Source of the DNA: Prasinococcaceae sp. CCMP 1430
Taxonomy: Eukaryota > Plantae > Prasinodermophyta
Direction: 5' to 3'
NCBI GenBank assembly: GCA_013416795.1
Contig: RQSC01000016.1
Location: forward strand, 170,560-234,559
DNA length: 64,000 nucleotides
Below the pieces are notes generated by a model. The model did not search any database and was not told the origin of the DNA. It worked only from the letters and a program-made list of their open reading frames with translations. Shown here piece after piece: positions 46,934-58,242 of the stretch. Every line of letters begins with the position of its first letter. Position 1 is the first letter of the stretch. The position numbers and the translations under genes are program-made.

Positions 46934-47096
46934 TTAGGGTTCGATATACCGTACTTCGATGGCCGTTCGCGTGCGCGTCGGGGCGGTGCGTGTGGTAGGG
47001 TTGGGGGTGGGTTTGGGGTTGGGAGAGGACCCTTCGCCGTGGATGCCATGAGCACTTCCTTGCGGGTGCGGCTTCGCCCGCGCATTAGGGTTTAGG
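46934..47096. promoter_or_regulatory. Telo-box cluster (TTAGGGTT at 46934, TAGGGTT at 46996, TTAGGGTTTAGG at 47085)
   Basis: Seen directly, upstream of TLP18.3. Confidence 0.5.
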
Positions 47097-47437
47097 CCGC
47101 GAGCGCATGCCCGCACATGGCGCGCGGGCGGGGTTCGGCGGAGCGCGCCGCGCGAAATCGCGCGTTTCCGTGGCGGGGGAGGTTCCGGGAGATGGCGGGC
47201 GTCGCGGCAATCGGGGTTCGGAATGCGGCGCCGTGCGGTGTTTGGCGCGATATTGCGCCACGCGCGCGCGCGGCCGCGCGCGGTTGGCGTCGAGTATCTA
47301 ATCCCCTTATCCGCCGCGGTGGTGGTGCGGGGGAGGACACCCCGGGGGGGGGGAGGGTGCGGCGGCACACGCCGCGCGACGCCGCGCCGCCCGCCTCGGC
47401 CCGTTTCCGCCCGCCTCGAGCCGCGCCCCCCCCCGCG

Positions 47438-48509
47438 ATGGCGGTGGTCTCCCTCAGCGCGCGCTAGCGCCCTTCCTTGCTTTCGCTCGCGCCGTTGTGT
47501 GCATGCGCGCTCGCGCGCCGCGTGTGCGGCGGCGGCGCCGAGGCCGCTCCAGGCGCTCGCCAAGGTGAGGCGCGCGTGCGGCGTGAGTGTGTGGGCGTGC
47601 GGGCGGATGGATGGCGGGGGCAGTCATGCATGCACGCGGCGTGTGGAGCGCGTCAGCAGGGGGCCGACGGCGCCGCCCACGCGCTAGCGGGAGGCGCGCA
47701 TTGCGGCGCGAGTACGCACCTCGCGACCGCGTGCGCCAGCCCAGCCCCTGTCCAGTGGGCGATAGGTCCTTGCCTGTCGCTGACACCAGCACCGACTGCG
47801 CTTTCACCACCCGATCTCTGTGCTCGCTCACGCGCCCGCCCCCAAGGGTGCCACCGCTCTCGCCGCCGCGGCGACGCTCTCGCTGAGCGCTGGCGTAGGC
47901 GCTGCGAACGCCGAGGAGTTCGACATCCTGGCCGCGGGCGCACCTGAGAAGTACGTGTATGACGACGCCGGCGCGCTGTCGATCACCACCAAGAAGAAGA
48001 TCTCCAGCCAGCTCGGCGCAATCAAGGGTGCCTCCGGGGTGACGCTTCAGGTTGTGACCACGCGCAAGCTCACGGTCGAGCCTGACGTGTACTCTTTCTC
48101 GGAAACCATCCTGAAGAAGTGGTACCCTGATGAGGCCGATCGCTCCAACAAGGGCGTGCTGCTGATCGTGACCTCGGCCAACGAGGGCGCGATTGCCGCG
48201 GGCCCGAACTTCCAGAGCAAGATTTCTGGTGACCTGGTCGACTCGATTGAGCAGGCCAACATCCCCTACTACTGCGGGGAGGAGAAGGTCAATGAGGCGA
48301 CCACGTCGAGTGTCACGCGCATCGTCAGCTCGGTCCTTGGCCAGGCGGACCCTGGGCCGCCCGCGCAGGCCAAGGTGCAGGTGGGCTCCAACTACAAGAC
48401 CTACGAGGAGGTCTCGAACAAGCGTGACAAGTACGTCACCGTTGTCGGCGGTCTCCTCGTCATCGCGTTCGTCGTGCCGATGATCCAGTTCTGGGGTTAC
48501 ACGAAGTAA
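47438..48509 (+). CDS. TLP18.3: Thylakoid lumen 18.3 kDa protein (TLP18.3/Psb32, TPM domain); exons 47438-47564 and 47847-48509
   Basis: Bipartite transit peptide (A-N-A|EEFDIL), YVYDDAGALS, KWYP, EGAIAAGPNF, SNYKTYEE and C-terminal TM VVGGLLVIAFVVPM. Confidence 0.92.
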
Positions 48510-48908
48510 GGGCAGCGCTAGGATAGATAGGGGACTGCGCGGTGGCGGTGCGTGCTCGCAGATGTGGGCGAGGGTGTGCGAGGCAGGAATGCACGTGCAC
48601 ACGCGCGTTGGTAAGCAAATACAGTGAACGCACTGTCGTTCAACACCGACATGCGCGCGCTATGCACGGGAGTATCTTTCGATGGGATTCGGCTGCGTGG
48701 CCGCCGGGGCGTCCGTACGCGCCGGGTGGCACGCCTTCTGAGAGGCGGCACTGTGCTCACTTCAAACTCGAGCTGAGCGCGCAGCCACTCGGTCTCCATC
48801 TCCATGTCCACCTCGGGCCGAGCCAAGTGGCGAGCCAACTCGGCCTCCCGCTCCCGCTCCGCCAGGCGGTGTGATTGCCCCACACTGCGGCGCACGCGTC
48901 TCGCATAC

Positions 48909-48937
48909 AAACCCTAACACATAAACCCTAAAAACCC
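48909..48937. promoter_or_regulatory. Tandem telo-boxes (AAACCCTAA x2) upstream of TBCC
   Basis: aaaccctaacacataaaccctaaaaaccc seen directly. Confidence 0.6.
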
Positions 48938-49219
48938 GAAATTCGAACGAGCCCACGCGCGCGTTGACTGATGACGGCGCGGCTGGCGGCACAGCGCCCG
49001 GCGCACCACCGCCCCCCCCACTGCCGGCCCCAGCACAGCCCTCCCAGACCTGCGCCCGCGCGCGCGCCCACGGGGGTGCGATCGATCGATACATAGATAC
49101 AAAACGCGCCGCGCCGCGCCGTGTGCGGGGGGGGGGAGAGTGGGGGAATGTCGCCGGCGGATGGCGGCGACATCGGCGGCGCGCGGCTGGTGGGCGGCGC
49201 GAGCAGCGACGCCGACGCA

Positions 49220-50446
49220 ATGGCGGCGCGTGCTGCGCGCATGGCCGAGCGGCTGGACGCGTCGGCGGCGGCGCGCAGGGCGGTGAATGAGGCGCGGCGC
49301 GAGGCGGTGCAGAATCAAGCGTCCGAGGCCGAGTCGGTCAGTGGGTTCCTCAGCACGCTCAACGCAGACAGGGCACAGGCGGAGGCCGACATCCAGGCTG
49401 CGACCACCGGCGGGCGGATCGACGAGCTCATCGGCACCCTCGCAGCGCTAGAGGAGCGCGTGGCCAAGGCAGCGTACTTCCTTCCGAACTACGACGTGCG
49501 CGCGGCGCAAGCTGCGTTGTCCGCGGCACGCAAGGCTGCCGACGCGCGCCGCACGGCCGTAGCGCCACGCAAGAAGTTCGCCTTCAAGAAGAAGATTCAC
49601 AAGAGCTCTGCGCCGATTCCAACGCAGCAGCCAGCCGAGCAGTCGATCGCCGCCGACGGTGCGGCCGACACCCCGCTGCCCGCCATCCCGCCAGGGCGAG
49701 GCGAGGCAGGGGGTGCTGCCGGGCGAGACGTAGTTGTCACGAGCGATGGCGGTGACTACACGTTCGCGGGACTCCGCGAATGCCGGGTGGTCATACGTGG
49801 GGCGTGCACCGCGCTGCGGCTACTGAAGTGCTCGGGCTGCCAAGTGTTCGCCGCACCGGTCGAGGGGTCGTGCTTCGTTGATGCGTGCGACACGTGCGTG
49901 TTCCACGTATCGACCCGGCAGATTCGCATTCATAGCACCAAGGTGCGTGGCATGCCTGCGCGCACACAGCGGCAAAGTAGTGCCGCCAGCGCGTGCGAGG
50001 GGCCGATTGGGCGCCTGCGTTGAGCCTGCGCCAGTCCGGCGGGCGTTGTCCGCGCGGGTTGCGCGAATGGCGCCCCTCGCAATAAGTCCCACGCGCCTGA
50101 GTGCGCCGGACCCGCCCCTTCGCTCGTTTGGCCTCGCTGACTCGCCGCGCCGTATTACCCACCGCAGCGCACGGACTTCTACCTGAGGGTGCTCAGCCGG
50201 CCAATCATCGAGGCCTGCGACGCTGCGCGCTTTGCGCCGCTCGAGGGCGTCGATGCCGAGGGGGCGTACGCGGGTGCCGCGCAGGCGCTTGCCGCGGCGG
50301 GTATGGCCGACGCCACCGACTTGTGGAGCTCGGTGGACGACTTCCTGTGGATCAAGGAGGTCCAGTCGCCGCATTGGAGCGTGCTGCCTGAGGGCGAAAG
50401 GAAACGCGCGACAGAGTGCGCACTCGCGGTAGGCGTGGCCAAGTAA
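49220..50446 (+). CDS. TBCC: Tubulin-specific chaperone C; exons 49220 (or 49148)-49942 and 50168-50446
   Basis: AAYFLPNYDVR...APRKKFAFK, beta-helix C-CAP domain, STRQIRIHSTK|RTDFYL..SRPIIE and VDDFLWIKEVQSPHWSVLPE. Confidence 0.92.
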
Positions 50447-50721
50447 TACAGACCAGATTCATTGCCCTGCGAGAGCTTCCTGGCCGGAGCTAGTTCCCTG
50501 GTGCATGCACCGTCGAGCGCACGCGAGCGCTGCCATCTCCCCCCCTCCCATTCCACTTGGGGCCATGTTGCGAACTGCCAACTTGAGGCGAATTACTGCT
50601 GTGCCGGCACAGACGCGCGAGTCATCACAGCCGCGGCGTGCGCGAGCGGGCGCAGTTGCGCTCCCTGCTCAGGGGGCGCATCCATTCCATTAATCCGGCA
50701 GCATGAGTCGAGAGCACGTCT

Positions 50722-51480
50722 CTACTCCTGGCCCTCCTCGTCCTTGGGGTCAGCCTCCATGTCGCTCGTCCAGAGCGTGAGGTTATCCCGCAGCAGCTGC
50801 ATGATGAGCGTGCTGTCCTTGTAGGACTCCTCGCCCAACGAGTCGAGCTCCGAGATGGCATCGTCGAACGCCGACTTCGCCATCTTGCACGCCTGCTCGG
50901 GGCTGTTGAGGATCTCGTAGTAGAACACAGAGAAGTTGAGCGCGAGGCCGAGGCGAATGGGGTGGGTGCTGGCCAGGTCGGTCGTGGCGATGTCCTGCGC
51001 GGCCTTGTACGCCTTGAGCGTCTCGTCGCCGGCCGAGGTCTTGTCATCGCTGGTCTTGAACTCCGCCAGGTAGCGGTAGTAGTCGCCCTGCATCTTCAGG
51101 TAGAACACCTTGGACTCGCTGGACGCCGCCGACGGGACGAGGTGGTCGTTGAGCAGGCCGAGGATGGACTGGCACGTCTGCTCGAGCTCGCCCTCGATCT
51201 TCTGGCGGTAGGTCTTGATGAGCGCGACGTTGTCATCGTGGCCCTTGGAGGACTCCTTGGACTCGATGGTGGAGGTTATCCTCCACGACGCGCGCCTCGC
51301 GCCGATCACGTTCTTGTACGCCACCGACAGCAGGTTGCGCTCCTCGACAGACAGCTCCGAGTCCGACTGGACGGTCTGGGCCACCTCCTTCATGGCCTCG
51401 ACCATCTCGTCATAGCGCTCGGCCTGCTCGGCGAGCTTCGCCTTGTAGATCAGCGACGCGCGAGGCGTCGCCTCGGCCAT
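50722..51480 (-). CDS. 14-3-3 protein, intronless
   Basis: [60 protein letters not shown] and [19 protein letters not shown]. Confidence 0.98.
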   Translation of the reverse strand: MAEATPRASLIYKAKLAEQAERYDEMVEAMKEVAQTVQSDSELSVEERNLLSVAYKNVIGARRASWRITSTIESKESSKGHDDNVALIKTYRQKIEGELEQTCQSILGLLNDHLVPSAASSESKVFYLKMQGDYYRYLAEFKTSDDKTSAGDETLKAYKAAQDIATTDLASTHPIRLGLALNFSVFYYEILNSPEQACKMAKSAFDDAISELDSLGEESYKDSTLIMQLLRDNLTLWTSDMEADPKDEEGQE

Positions 51481-53288
51481 GGTCAAAGCACGCGACTGTG
51501 GGCACCCGAGCGCGCACGCCCGGCAGCAGTCGGCGCAGCGCCGCCCACAGCGCGCGGGCGCGCGCGCGAGCAGGCGCGCCCAGTCGGAGGCGGCGAGCGG
51601 CGGCGAAGGCGCAGTGGCGACGCGCATTCACCGTCAGCAAAGAGGCGTGGGGCGAACGAAGTGGTGCGGCGGGGAGGGCCCACGGGCGCGCGCGGCAGGG
51701 CTCCTTCCCCACTGCGCCAGCGAGGAGCGCGTTGCACGCGCCTGCGCGGCGCTCGCAAAAGATCGCGCACATGCTGCGGCGGGCGCCCCGCGCCACGAAG
51801 TTCCTCCCCGCGGTTGGATCGGCCTCAGCGAACGGCACAGTGCCGCGGCGCCGCAGCGCGTGCCGGCCGAGACGGCGACGCACGCGGAGAGGGAGGGGGG
51901 GGGGGGGGGGGGGGGGTAAAAAAAAAAAAAAAGGAGGGGGAAAACTGGTGCGTGCTGCAAGCAGCGGTCGCGCGCGCGCCGCTGCACGCCGCGCCTCCGC
52001 TCCCCCCCTGCCCCCGCCTCTCTCGCTCCCTCCCTCGCTCTCTCTCTCTCTCTCTCGCGGCCCAATCGCCGGGGCGTCTCCCCCTCACCCTCCCACCCCG
52101 CGCGCGCGGCCTCCGCCTCGCCCCACCGCCTCGCCCGCGCCCCTCCCTCCGGCGGCGCCCCCCTGCACCACGCACGCACGCACCGTCACCGAGGCGCACA
52201 GTGGCGCCGCGCGCGCGCGCGCGCGCCCTTTCTGTGGGTTTGCCCGAACGAACGAACCAAAAACAACACCAAAAAAAACGCGCGGGGCCGCGTTTCGCCG
52301 CGCGCGCGCGCGACCTAACTCGGCTCCGCGCCGGCCGGCGGAGCGGTGATGCGCCGCCGGGATGGGGTGTGTGGATCCGGATGTGAGGCGGGGTCCACCC
52401 CCGGCGGGCGCGGCTCGGTTTGAGTAAACCCAGAGATTGATCCGAGACCCGCCCCCCCCCTCGGTCCCCTTTGGTTGGAGCCTGGGCCGCCGGGCGGCCC
52501 GAATCCCCGGAAGGCGGTTTTCGTTCCGTTTTCCGCGGGCGGGCCGCGGGCGGGCGCCGAACCTTAACCCTCGATGCAAACCCGGGCCCGATCGCCGCCC
52601 ATATGAAATCGCACTCTCCTATGAATGGGTACTTGACAAACCCTGATATTGTAACCTCAAATGGGCCGCTTCGGGCGAGCGGCGCCCGGCGCGAAAACGC
52701 GCGAGCGCGGGGCCGGAAAAAAAAAAAAAAAAACGCGCGCGCGCGCGCGCGACCGCGCCCGCCCGGAAATATCCGCGCATGCGGATTGACGTAGCGGAAT
52801 CCTTTCGGTGAGACCCGTAACAATGTGCAGAATCCATTCCCTTGTACTATTCAACACATTGATGATATCTGCAACGGAATCCATCAAGTGAGATCTGGGT
52901 ATTGCCGCGAATCCATGGGGACGGCCCCACGCGCTTCGTCCCCCGCCGGGGCCGAACTCGCACGCGCCATCAGAGCAGTCAAAGCTCGACGCTCGAATGA
53001 AACCCGAACACATACACTGTACAGTATGGGGTTTGAATGGTTGGATTTGGAAAAAGGGTTTGTGATTTGCGGGCAGCGGGCGGGTGTGCGCGGCTGGCGC
53101 GGCGCTTTTTGCGCACGCCGGGCCACCCACACGGCGCTCGCCTGGCGGGGGGCGGGGGTGGTGGAGGGAGTGCGGGCCGCCACGTCCCTGCGGCGCCGAC
53201 AGCGCCGCGGGGATGTGCACGCCGCCGCTTCGCGAGCGCGCGAGCCCCACTGGGTGTGCACGCGCGCGCGGCCCCACTCGTCTTCCAG

Positions 53289-54492
53289 GCCGAACGTTTA
53301 TCAAAGTCCACGAGACGCACAGCGTCCTCCTCAGCTTCGGGCGCGCTCGAGCATGGCGAGCACCTGACGGCCGAGGACGCCGCGGCGCTCGTGGGCGTGC
53401 GCACCGACGAGGTGTGCCCCTTCTACGACTTCGAGGAGCCGGACGGCCCGCTGCCCCCGCTGACGCGCGCAATGGTGCTCCTCTTTGCCGTGCCCGTCGT
53501 GATTTACCTCACACTGACCTTCGCGGGGCTATTCATCTACATGTTCTACCTCTACGGCCTGACATTGCTCCCGCAGGGCCCACGACGTCGCCGTCTGCTG
53601 CACGCGAGCACGTTGGCCATCTCCCGGTTCTTCCTCCACGCCACGGGATGGCGGCTCGAGTACGAGGGTAAGGAGAATCTCGTTGCCGCGCGCGAGAGCG
53701 GCGTGCCCTTCCTGTGCGTGGCCAACCACACGACGATCTTCGACGCTTTTGGCATCGCCGCGTGCATGGGGCCTTTCTCGCCCGTGGCCTTCTCCGGCAC
53801 CAAAAACTACCCCGCGATCGGGAGGATCGCGACGGAGTGGGGGGCGCTCTTCGTCGATAGGCGCGACAAGGGCAAGGGCTTCACCAAACTGCTAGGCGAG
53901 CACGCGCGCAGGCAGACAGCCCCCGAACTGGGCGCGCGCGACGTGCTGGTGCCCATGCTCGTCTTCCCTGAGGCCACCACGACATCGGGGCGGAGCCTGG
54001 GGCGTTTCAAGAAGGTAGGCGCCACCGCGCAGTCCGTGCCGACGCGCCACCGGGCTGGCATTCCAACGCGCTGACGCATCGCTGCGCGCGCGCGTCCTCT
54101 CGCGACGCTGTCGCTTGCGGTGCGCGCCACCCATCGCTTGCGTGGCTGTTGCCGGGTCGCTGCAGGGCGCCTTCGTGCCAGGGCTGGCCGTCGCCCCGAT
54201 CGTGATGCGCTTCCGCTGCCCTGGAGTGTCTCCAGGCTGGGTAGGACCGCACTCCTTCGGCGTGCACCTCGTGCGCATGTTCATGCAGTGGAAGCTGAAA
54301 ACCATCACCACCACGTGCCTGCCGTTGTACAGGCCCTCCGATGCCGAGAAGGCCGACCCAGAGCTCTACAGCCGCAACGTGCAGCGCTACATGGCAGACG
54401 CGCTCGGCGTGCCCGCGTGTCAGGATTGGGGCATCGAGGAGAGCAGGGCGCTCTACAGCGTCCTGGATGAAAACTACGCCAAGAGCAGCTGA
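53289..54492 (+). CDS. Lysophospholipid acyltransferase (LPEAT/LPCAT, PlsC family); exons ~53289-54014 and 54166-54492; start uncertain
   Basis: VANHTTIFD (HxxxxD), FVDR, LVFPEATTTSG...FKK|GAFVPGLAVAP and YARNV-like LYSRNVQRYMA. Confidence 0.88.
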
Positions 54493-54932
54493 GTGGGTAG
54501 GGGTGTGTGTAACAGACGTCAAAAATTGTATCATCAACACCCGCGCGCGGCGGAGCGGCTGCGGGGGCGGCGCCCAGCCCAGCCCAGTCACGTGCCTCAG
54601 CGCCGCCCAGCCGAGTGTCCCCAATGCCTGCAACCCCTGACTGAGAAGCGGGGGAGAGGGGGGACGTCCCAGCCTGCGAGCTGGAGAGCGCCCGTGCCTC
54701 GCGTCGCCGAGTGCGCGCGGCAACGAGCGCGGCGCCACATTTTTTTCCTCCGGATTTTGCCGCTTTGAATTTTTTTTGAACTTCGAAACGCGGCATCGGG
54801 CGCCGCCGCCCGCGCGCAGCACAGCGCTCGCGGGGCGCGCACCAGGGAGGGCAGCGTGGGGCGGGGTTCCCTGCGCCGGCGGAGCTGCCCAACGCGCGCG
54901 GTGCGGCGCTCGATTCGCCGCGGCGGGGAGGC

Positions 54933-57785
54933 ATGGATGGCACCGGCACGGGCGTGGGGGCGGGCGCCGGAGCGCTCGGCGAGGGCCCGCGCGCCGACCT
55001 GCTGGCGCTGCCCGCGCGGACGACGTTCCCGGCGTTCCCATACGCGACTCCGTACCCAATCCAGCAGGACTTCATGGAGGCGATGCACGCGGCACTGGCC
55101 GGCGGCAAGGTGGGGGTGTTTGAGTCGCCAACGGGCACGGGCAAGACGCTCTCGATGCTCTGCTCGTCGGTTCAGTGGCTGGTAGACGAGACCGCGCGAT
55201 TCAAGGCGGCCAAAGCAGCGGGGGTTGAGGATGGGCGCGGTGCGCGCGCAGCCGTTTCGCCCGGCGGCTCCGACGGCGATCCGTCGTGGATGCGAAACTA
55301 CGACGTCGACGCGGCCGCGGGCGCGGCCGCCGAGGCCGAGGCCGAGGAGAGGAAGCGAAAGCGGCGCGAGCGACGAGCCCGCCGCGCCGCCCGAGCGGCC
55401 AGCAGGCCCGCGCAGAACGTCGGCGGATCGGATGCCCAGCGCGGGAGCCCCGAGGGAGACGATGACCTCCTACTTGAGGAGTACGACTCGGACGGGAGGC
55501 ACGGCGACTCTCGCAAGCGCGGCGCGGGTGCGGCCGCAGCCGGGCGCTCCTACGTCTCCAGCTCGGACGAGTCAAGCGGCCTCGACGACAGTGGCAGCAA
55601 CAGCAGTGAAGACGAGGACGGCCTGGGCGGGGCGCCGCGCATGTACTTTTGCAGCCGGACGCACTCGCAGCTGGCGCAGGCGGTGAGCGAATTCAAGCGC
55701 ACGACCCTCGCCTCCGAGGTGGATCTCATTAGCCTGGGCAGCCGCAAGGCGCTCTGCGTGCACGAAGGCGTCAAGAAGCTCGGCTCGGCGTCGCGCATCG
55801 CGGAGCGCTGCCTCGAGCTGCAGCGGGGCGGCTGCAGCAAATCCAAAAGCAAGGGCGCGCGCACAGAGGAGACGGGCGGCGCCGGGGCCGGGGCAGCGAG
55901 CAAGCCCAAGGCCAGCCGCTGCGCGTGCCCTTACAAGGCACGCGCGAAGGGACTGAAGGATGCCATCCTCGAGCGCTCACCGCTGGACGTTGAGGAGATT
56001 GCATCCCTGGCTACGCGCAAGCAGGCGTGTGGGTACTACGCAGCCCGAGCAGCAGCTGCCAAGGCCCAGGTCGTGTTGTTGCCGTATTCCTCGCTGGTGC
56101 ACGCTGAGACCCGAGCGTCGCTTGGAGTCAAGCTCAAAAATGCTGTCATCGTCGTCGACGAGGCGCACAACCTTGTCGACGCCGTCAACTCCGCGCACAG
56201 TGCGGACCTCAGCCTGAGGCAGCTCACCGCCGCGAGCGAGCAGCTGAATGAGTACTGGGAGAAGTTCAAAGCTCGCCTGGCGCCAGGCAACGCGCGCCAC
56301 ATCAAGACGTTGCTGCTGCTGTGCCGAGCTCTTCACAAGCGGGTGGATTCGGCTGCCGTTAGCAGGCTTGGCGTCGCCGCCACACCACCTTCCTCGAAGG
56401 GTCACGGCACTCCCCCGCCTGTGTCCGAGGCGCTGCGCGTGAACGAGTTTCTGTTCTCCTTGGGCATGGACAACGTGAATGTCTACAAGCTGCAGCGCTA
56501 CGTGACGGAATCGAAGGTGCTCTTCAAGGCCGCGAGCTATGCCGAGCGGCGTGCGGCGGCGGCGGTGGCGGCCGGTCAGCCGACGGATGAGCAGGAGCGC
56601 CTCTCGGCACTGCACGCGCTCATGGGGCTCCTGAGCGCGCTCACCTCCGCCGATGCCGATGGGCGCGTGCTTGTGCGCTCCGCCGCCCGTGGCTTCGAGC
56701 GTGGCGAGCGCGGCTGTCGATTCGTCGCCCTCAATGCCGCCGAGTCCTTCTGCAAAATCACCGCCGATGCGCGCGCCATCGTTCTGGCGGGTGGCACGCT
56801 GTCCCCGGTACCGGAGCTCATCCAGCTGCTCTTCCCCGAGCAGCCGCGTTCTCGCATCGCACAGTTCAGCTGTGGTCATGTGGTTGGCTCGGACCGCCTA
56901 GTGGTGCTGCCGATCTCCAAGGGCCCCACAGGCACCTCACTGCGTTTCTCTCATGCCGCCACGCGTGGAGAAGCCGGAGCCGCCGCCGTCGACGAAGTCG
57001 GCCGCATGCTCGTCAACATCGCCCGCGTCGTGCCGCAGGGGGTCGTCGTATTCTTCGCGAGCTTCGACGCCATGACCAGCGCGCTGACCCGCTTTCGCAT
57101 GTCGGGGGCCCTCGAGGCCATCAAAGCGCGCAAGCATGTCTTCGAGGAGCCCCGGCAGCAGCGCGACCTCGATGGAGTGCTGGCGAGGTATGCGGACGCA
57201 GTGCACGGCAAGACGGCTCGCCAGAGCGACTTCGCCAGCCCAATTGAGCCCTCGGACAAGCCACCCCGCACGGGAGCGATCATCTTCTGCGTGGTCGGTG
57301 CCAAGCTCTCCGAGGGCATCAATTTTTCGGACGGGCTGGGGAGATGCGTGGTCATGGTCGGCATGCCCTACGCCAACCCGCACGACCCCGAGCTCAGTGA
57401 GCGCATGCGCTACCTCGATTCGCTCGAGGCCGGCTGCGCGGCGCTCGGCAATGCGCGCGCGGGCGGGCGCTCGCGTGGCTACGAGTACTACGACAACCTG
57501 TGCATGAAGGCCGTCAACCAGAGCATTGGTCGCGCCATCCGTCACGCGGGCGACTATGCTGCAGTCGTGCTGGCAGACGACCGATACTGCGCGGTCGGAC
57601 CCAGCGCCGACCGCGGGCGCCGCACGCAGACGAAGCTGCCCGGCTGGATGCGCTCCGCAGTTGTCGAGTCCAGCGCCGCGGCAGCAGCCGCGCCCGGCGG
57701 GCGCGCCTTCGGCGAGTTCCAGTCGGCCCTCTACCGCTTCTTCGCTGCAAAGCGCGAGGAGGCCAAGACGGCGCAGGGCGCCTGA
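54933..57785 (+). CDS. DDX11: DDX11/ChlR1 (CHL1) Fe-S XPD-family DNA helicase, intronless
   Basis: FPYATPYPIQ, FESPTGTGKTLS, YFCSRTHSQL, Fe-S cysteines (LCVH, RCLEL, CACPY, ACGYY), DEAH, SEGINFSD and NQSIGRAIRH. Confidence 0.95.
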   Translation: MDGTGTGVGAGAGALGEGPRADLLALPARTTFPAFPYATPYPIQQDFMEAMHAALAGGKVGVFESPTGTGKTLSMLCSSVQWLVDETARFKAAKAAGVEDGRGARAAVSPGGSDGDPSWMRNYDVDAAAGAAAEAEAEERKRKRRERRARRAARAASRPAQNVGGSDAQRGSPEGDDDLLLEEYDSDGRHGDSRKRGAGAAAAGRSYVSSSDESSGLDDSGSNSSEDEDGLGGAPRMYFCSRTHSQLAQAVSEFKRTTLASEVDLISLGSRKALCVHEGVKKLGSASRIAERCLELQRGGCSKSKSKGARTEETGGAGAGAASKPKASRCACPYKARAKGLKDAILERSPLDVEEIASLATRKQACGYYAARAAAAKAQVVLLPYSSLVHAETRASLGVKLKNAVIVVDEAHNLVDAVNSAHSADLSLRQLTAASEQLNEYWEKFKARLAPGNARHIKTLLLLCRALHKRVDSAAVSRLGVAATPPSSKGHGTPPPVSEALRVNEFLFSLGMDNVNVYKLQRYVTESKVLFKAASYAERRAAAAVAAGQPTDEQERLSALHALMGLLSALTSADADGRVLVRSAARGFERGERGCRFVALNAAESFCKITADARAIVLAGGTLSPVPELIQLLFPEQPRSRIAQFSCGHVVGSDRLVVLPISKGPTGTSLRFSHAATRGEAGAAAVDEVGRMLVNIARVVPQGVVVFFASFDAMTSALTRFRMSGALEAIKARKHVFEEPRQQRDLDGVLARYADAVHGKTARQSDFASPIEPSDKPPRTGAIIFCVVGAKLSEGINFSDGLGRCVVMVGMPYANPHDPELSERMRYLDSLEAGCAALGNARAGGRSRGYEYYDNLCMKAVNQSIGRAIRHAGDYAAVVLADDRYCAVGPSADRGRRTQTKLPGWMRSAVVESSAAAAAAPGGRAFGEFQSALYRFFAAKREEAKTAQGA

Positions 57786-58242
57786 GCGACGTTGCATACA
57801 CAGTACTGATGGTGTGCTTGCCCCGCCTGTGGCTGCCCTACCTCGCAGAGCACGTGCTGCTCATTTAATACACGACATAATACGCGGCGGCCCTCAGGCG
57901 CACCACCGTCGCCTCGGACACGGCCGCGCGATGCTGCTGAGCCACGCTCGCGAGCGCGGGTAGGGGATGGCGGCGCGGCCTCCCCCGCCATAGCTGCGCG
58001 GGCATTTCGATATGCGAGAGAGCTGGGGGAACGAACGACAGGTCAAAGCGCACGCGTTCCTCAATGCGCATTCAAACGGTTCCCCGAGCGCGCGCGAGAG
58101 CGCGCGCACGTGCGAGCAGCACGCGCGTGCGCGTGCGTACAGGATGCGCGCGTGCATGAGCTCGTGCGCATGCGCGCGCGTGCACGTTGGTGCATGCGTG
58201 CGCCGCGGCGCCAGAGCGCGCGCTCCGTGCGCGGGCGCGCGC

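Noticed and set aside
46934-46952. GGTTCGAT as a tRNA T-loop
   Set aside because: No T-stem or acceptor stem; it overlaps a telo-box.
129-54165. Introner-like mobile introns
   Set aside because: Introns share composition and splice/branch motifs but show no extended sequence identity to each other.
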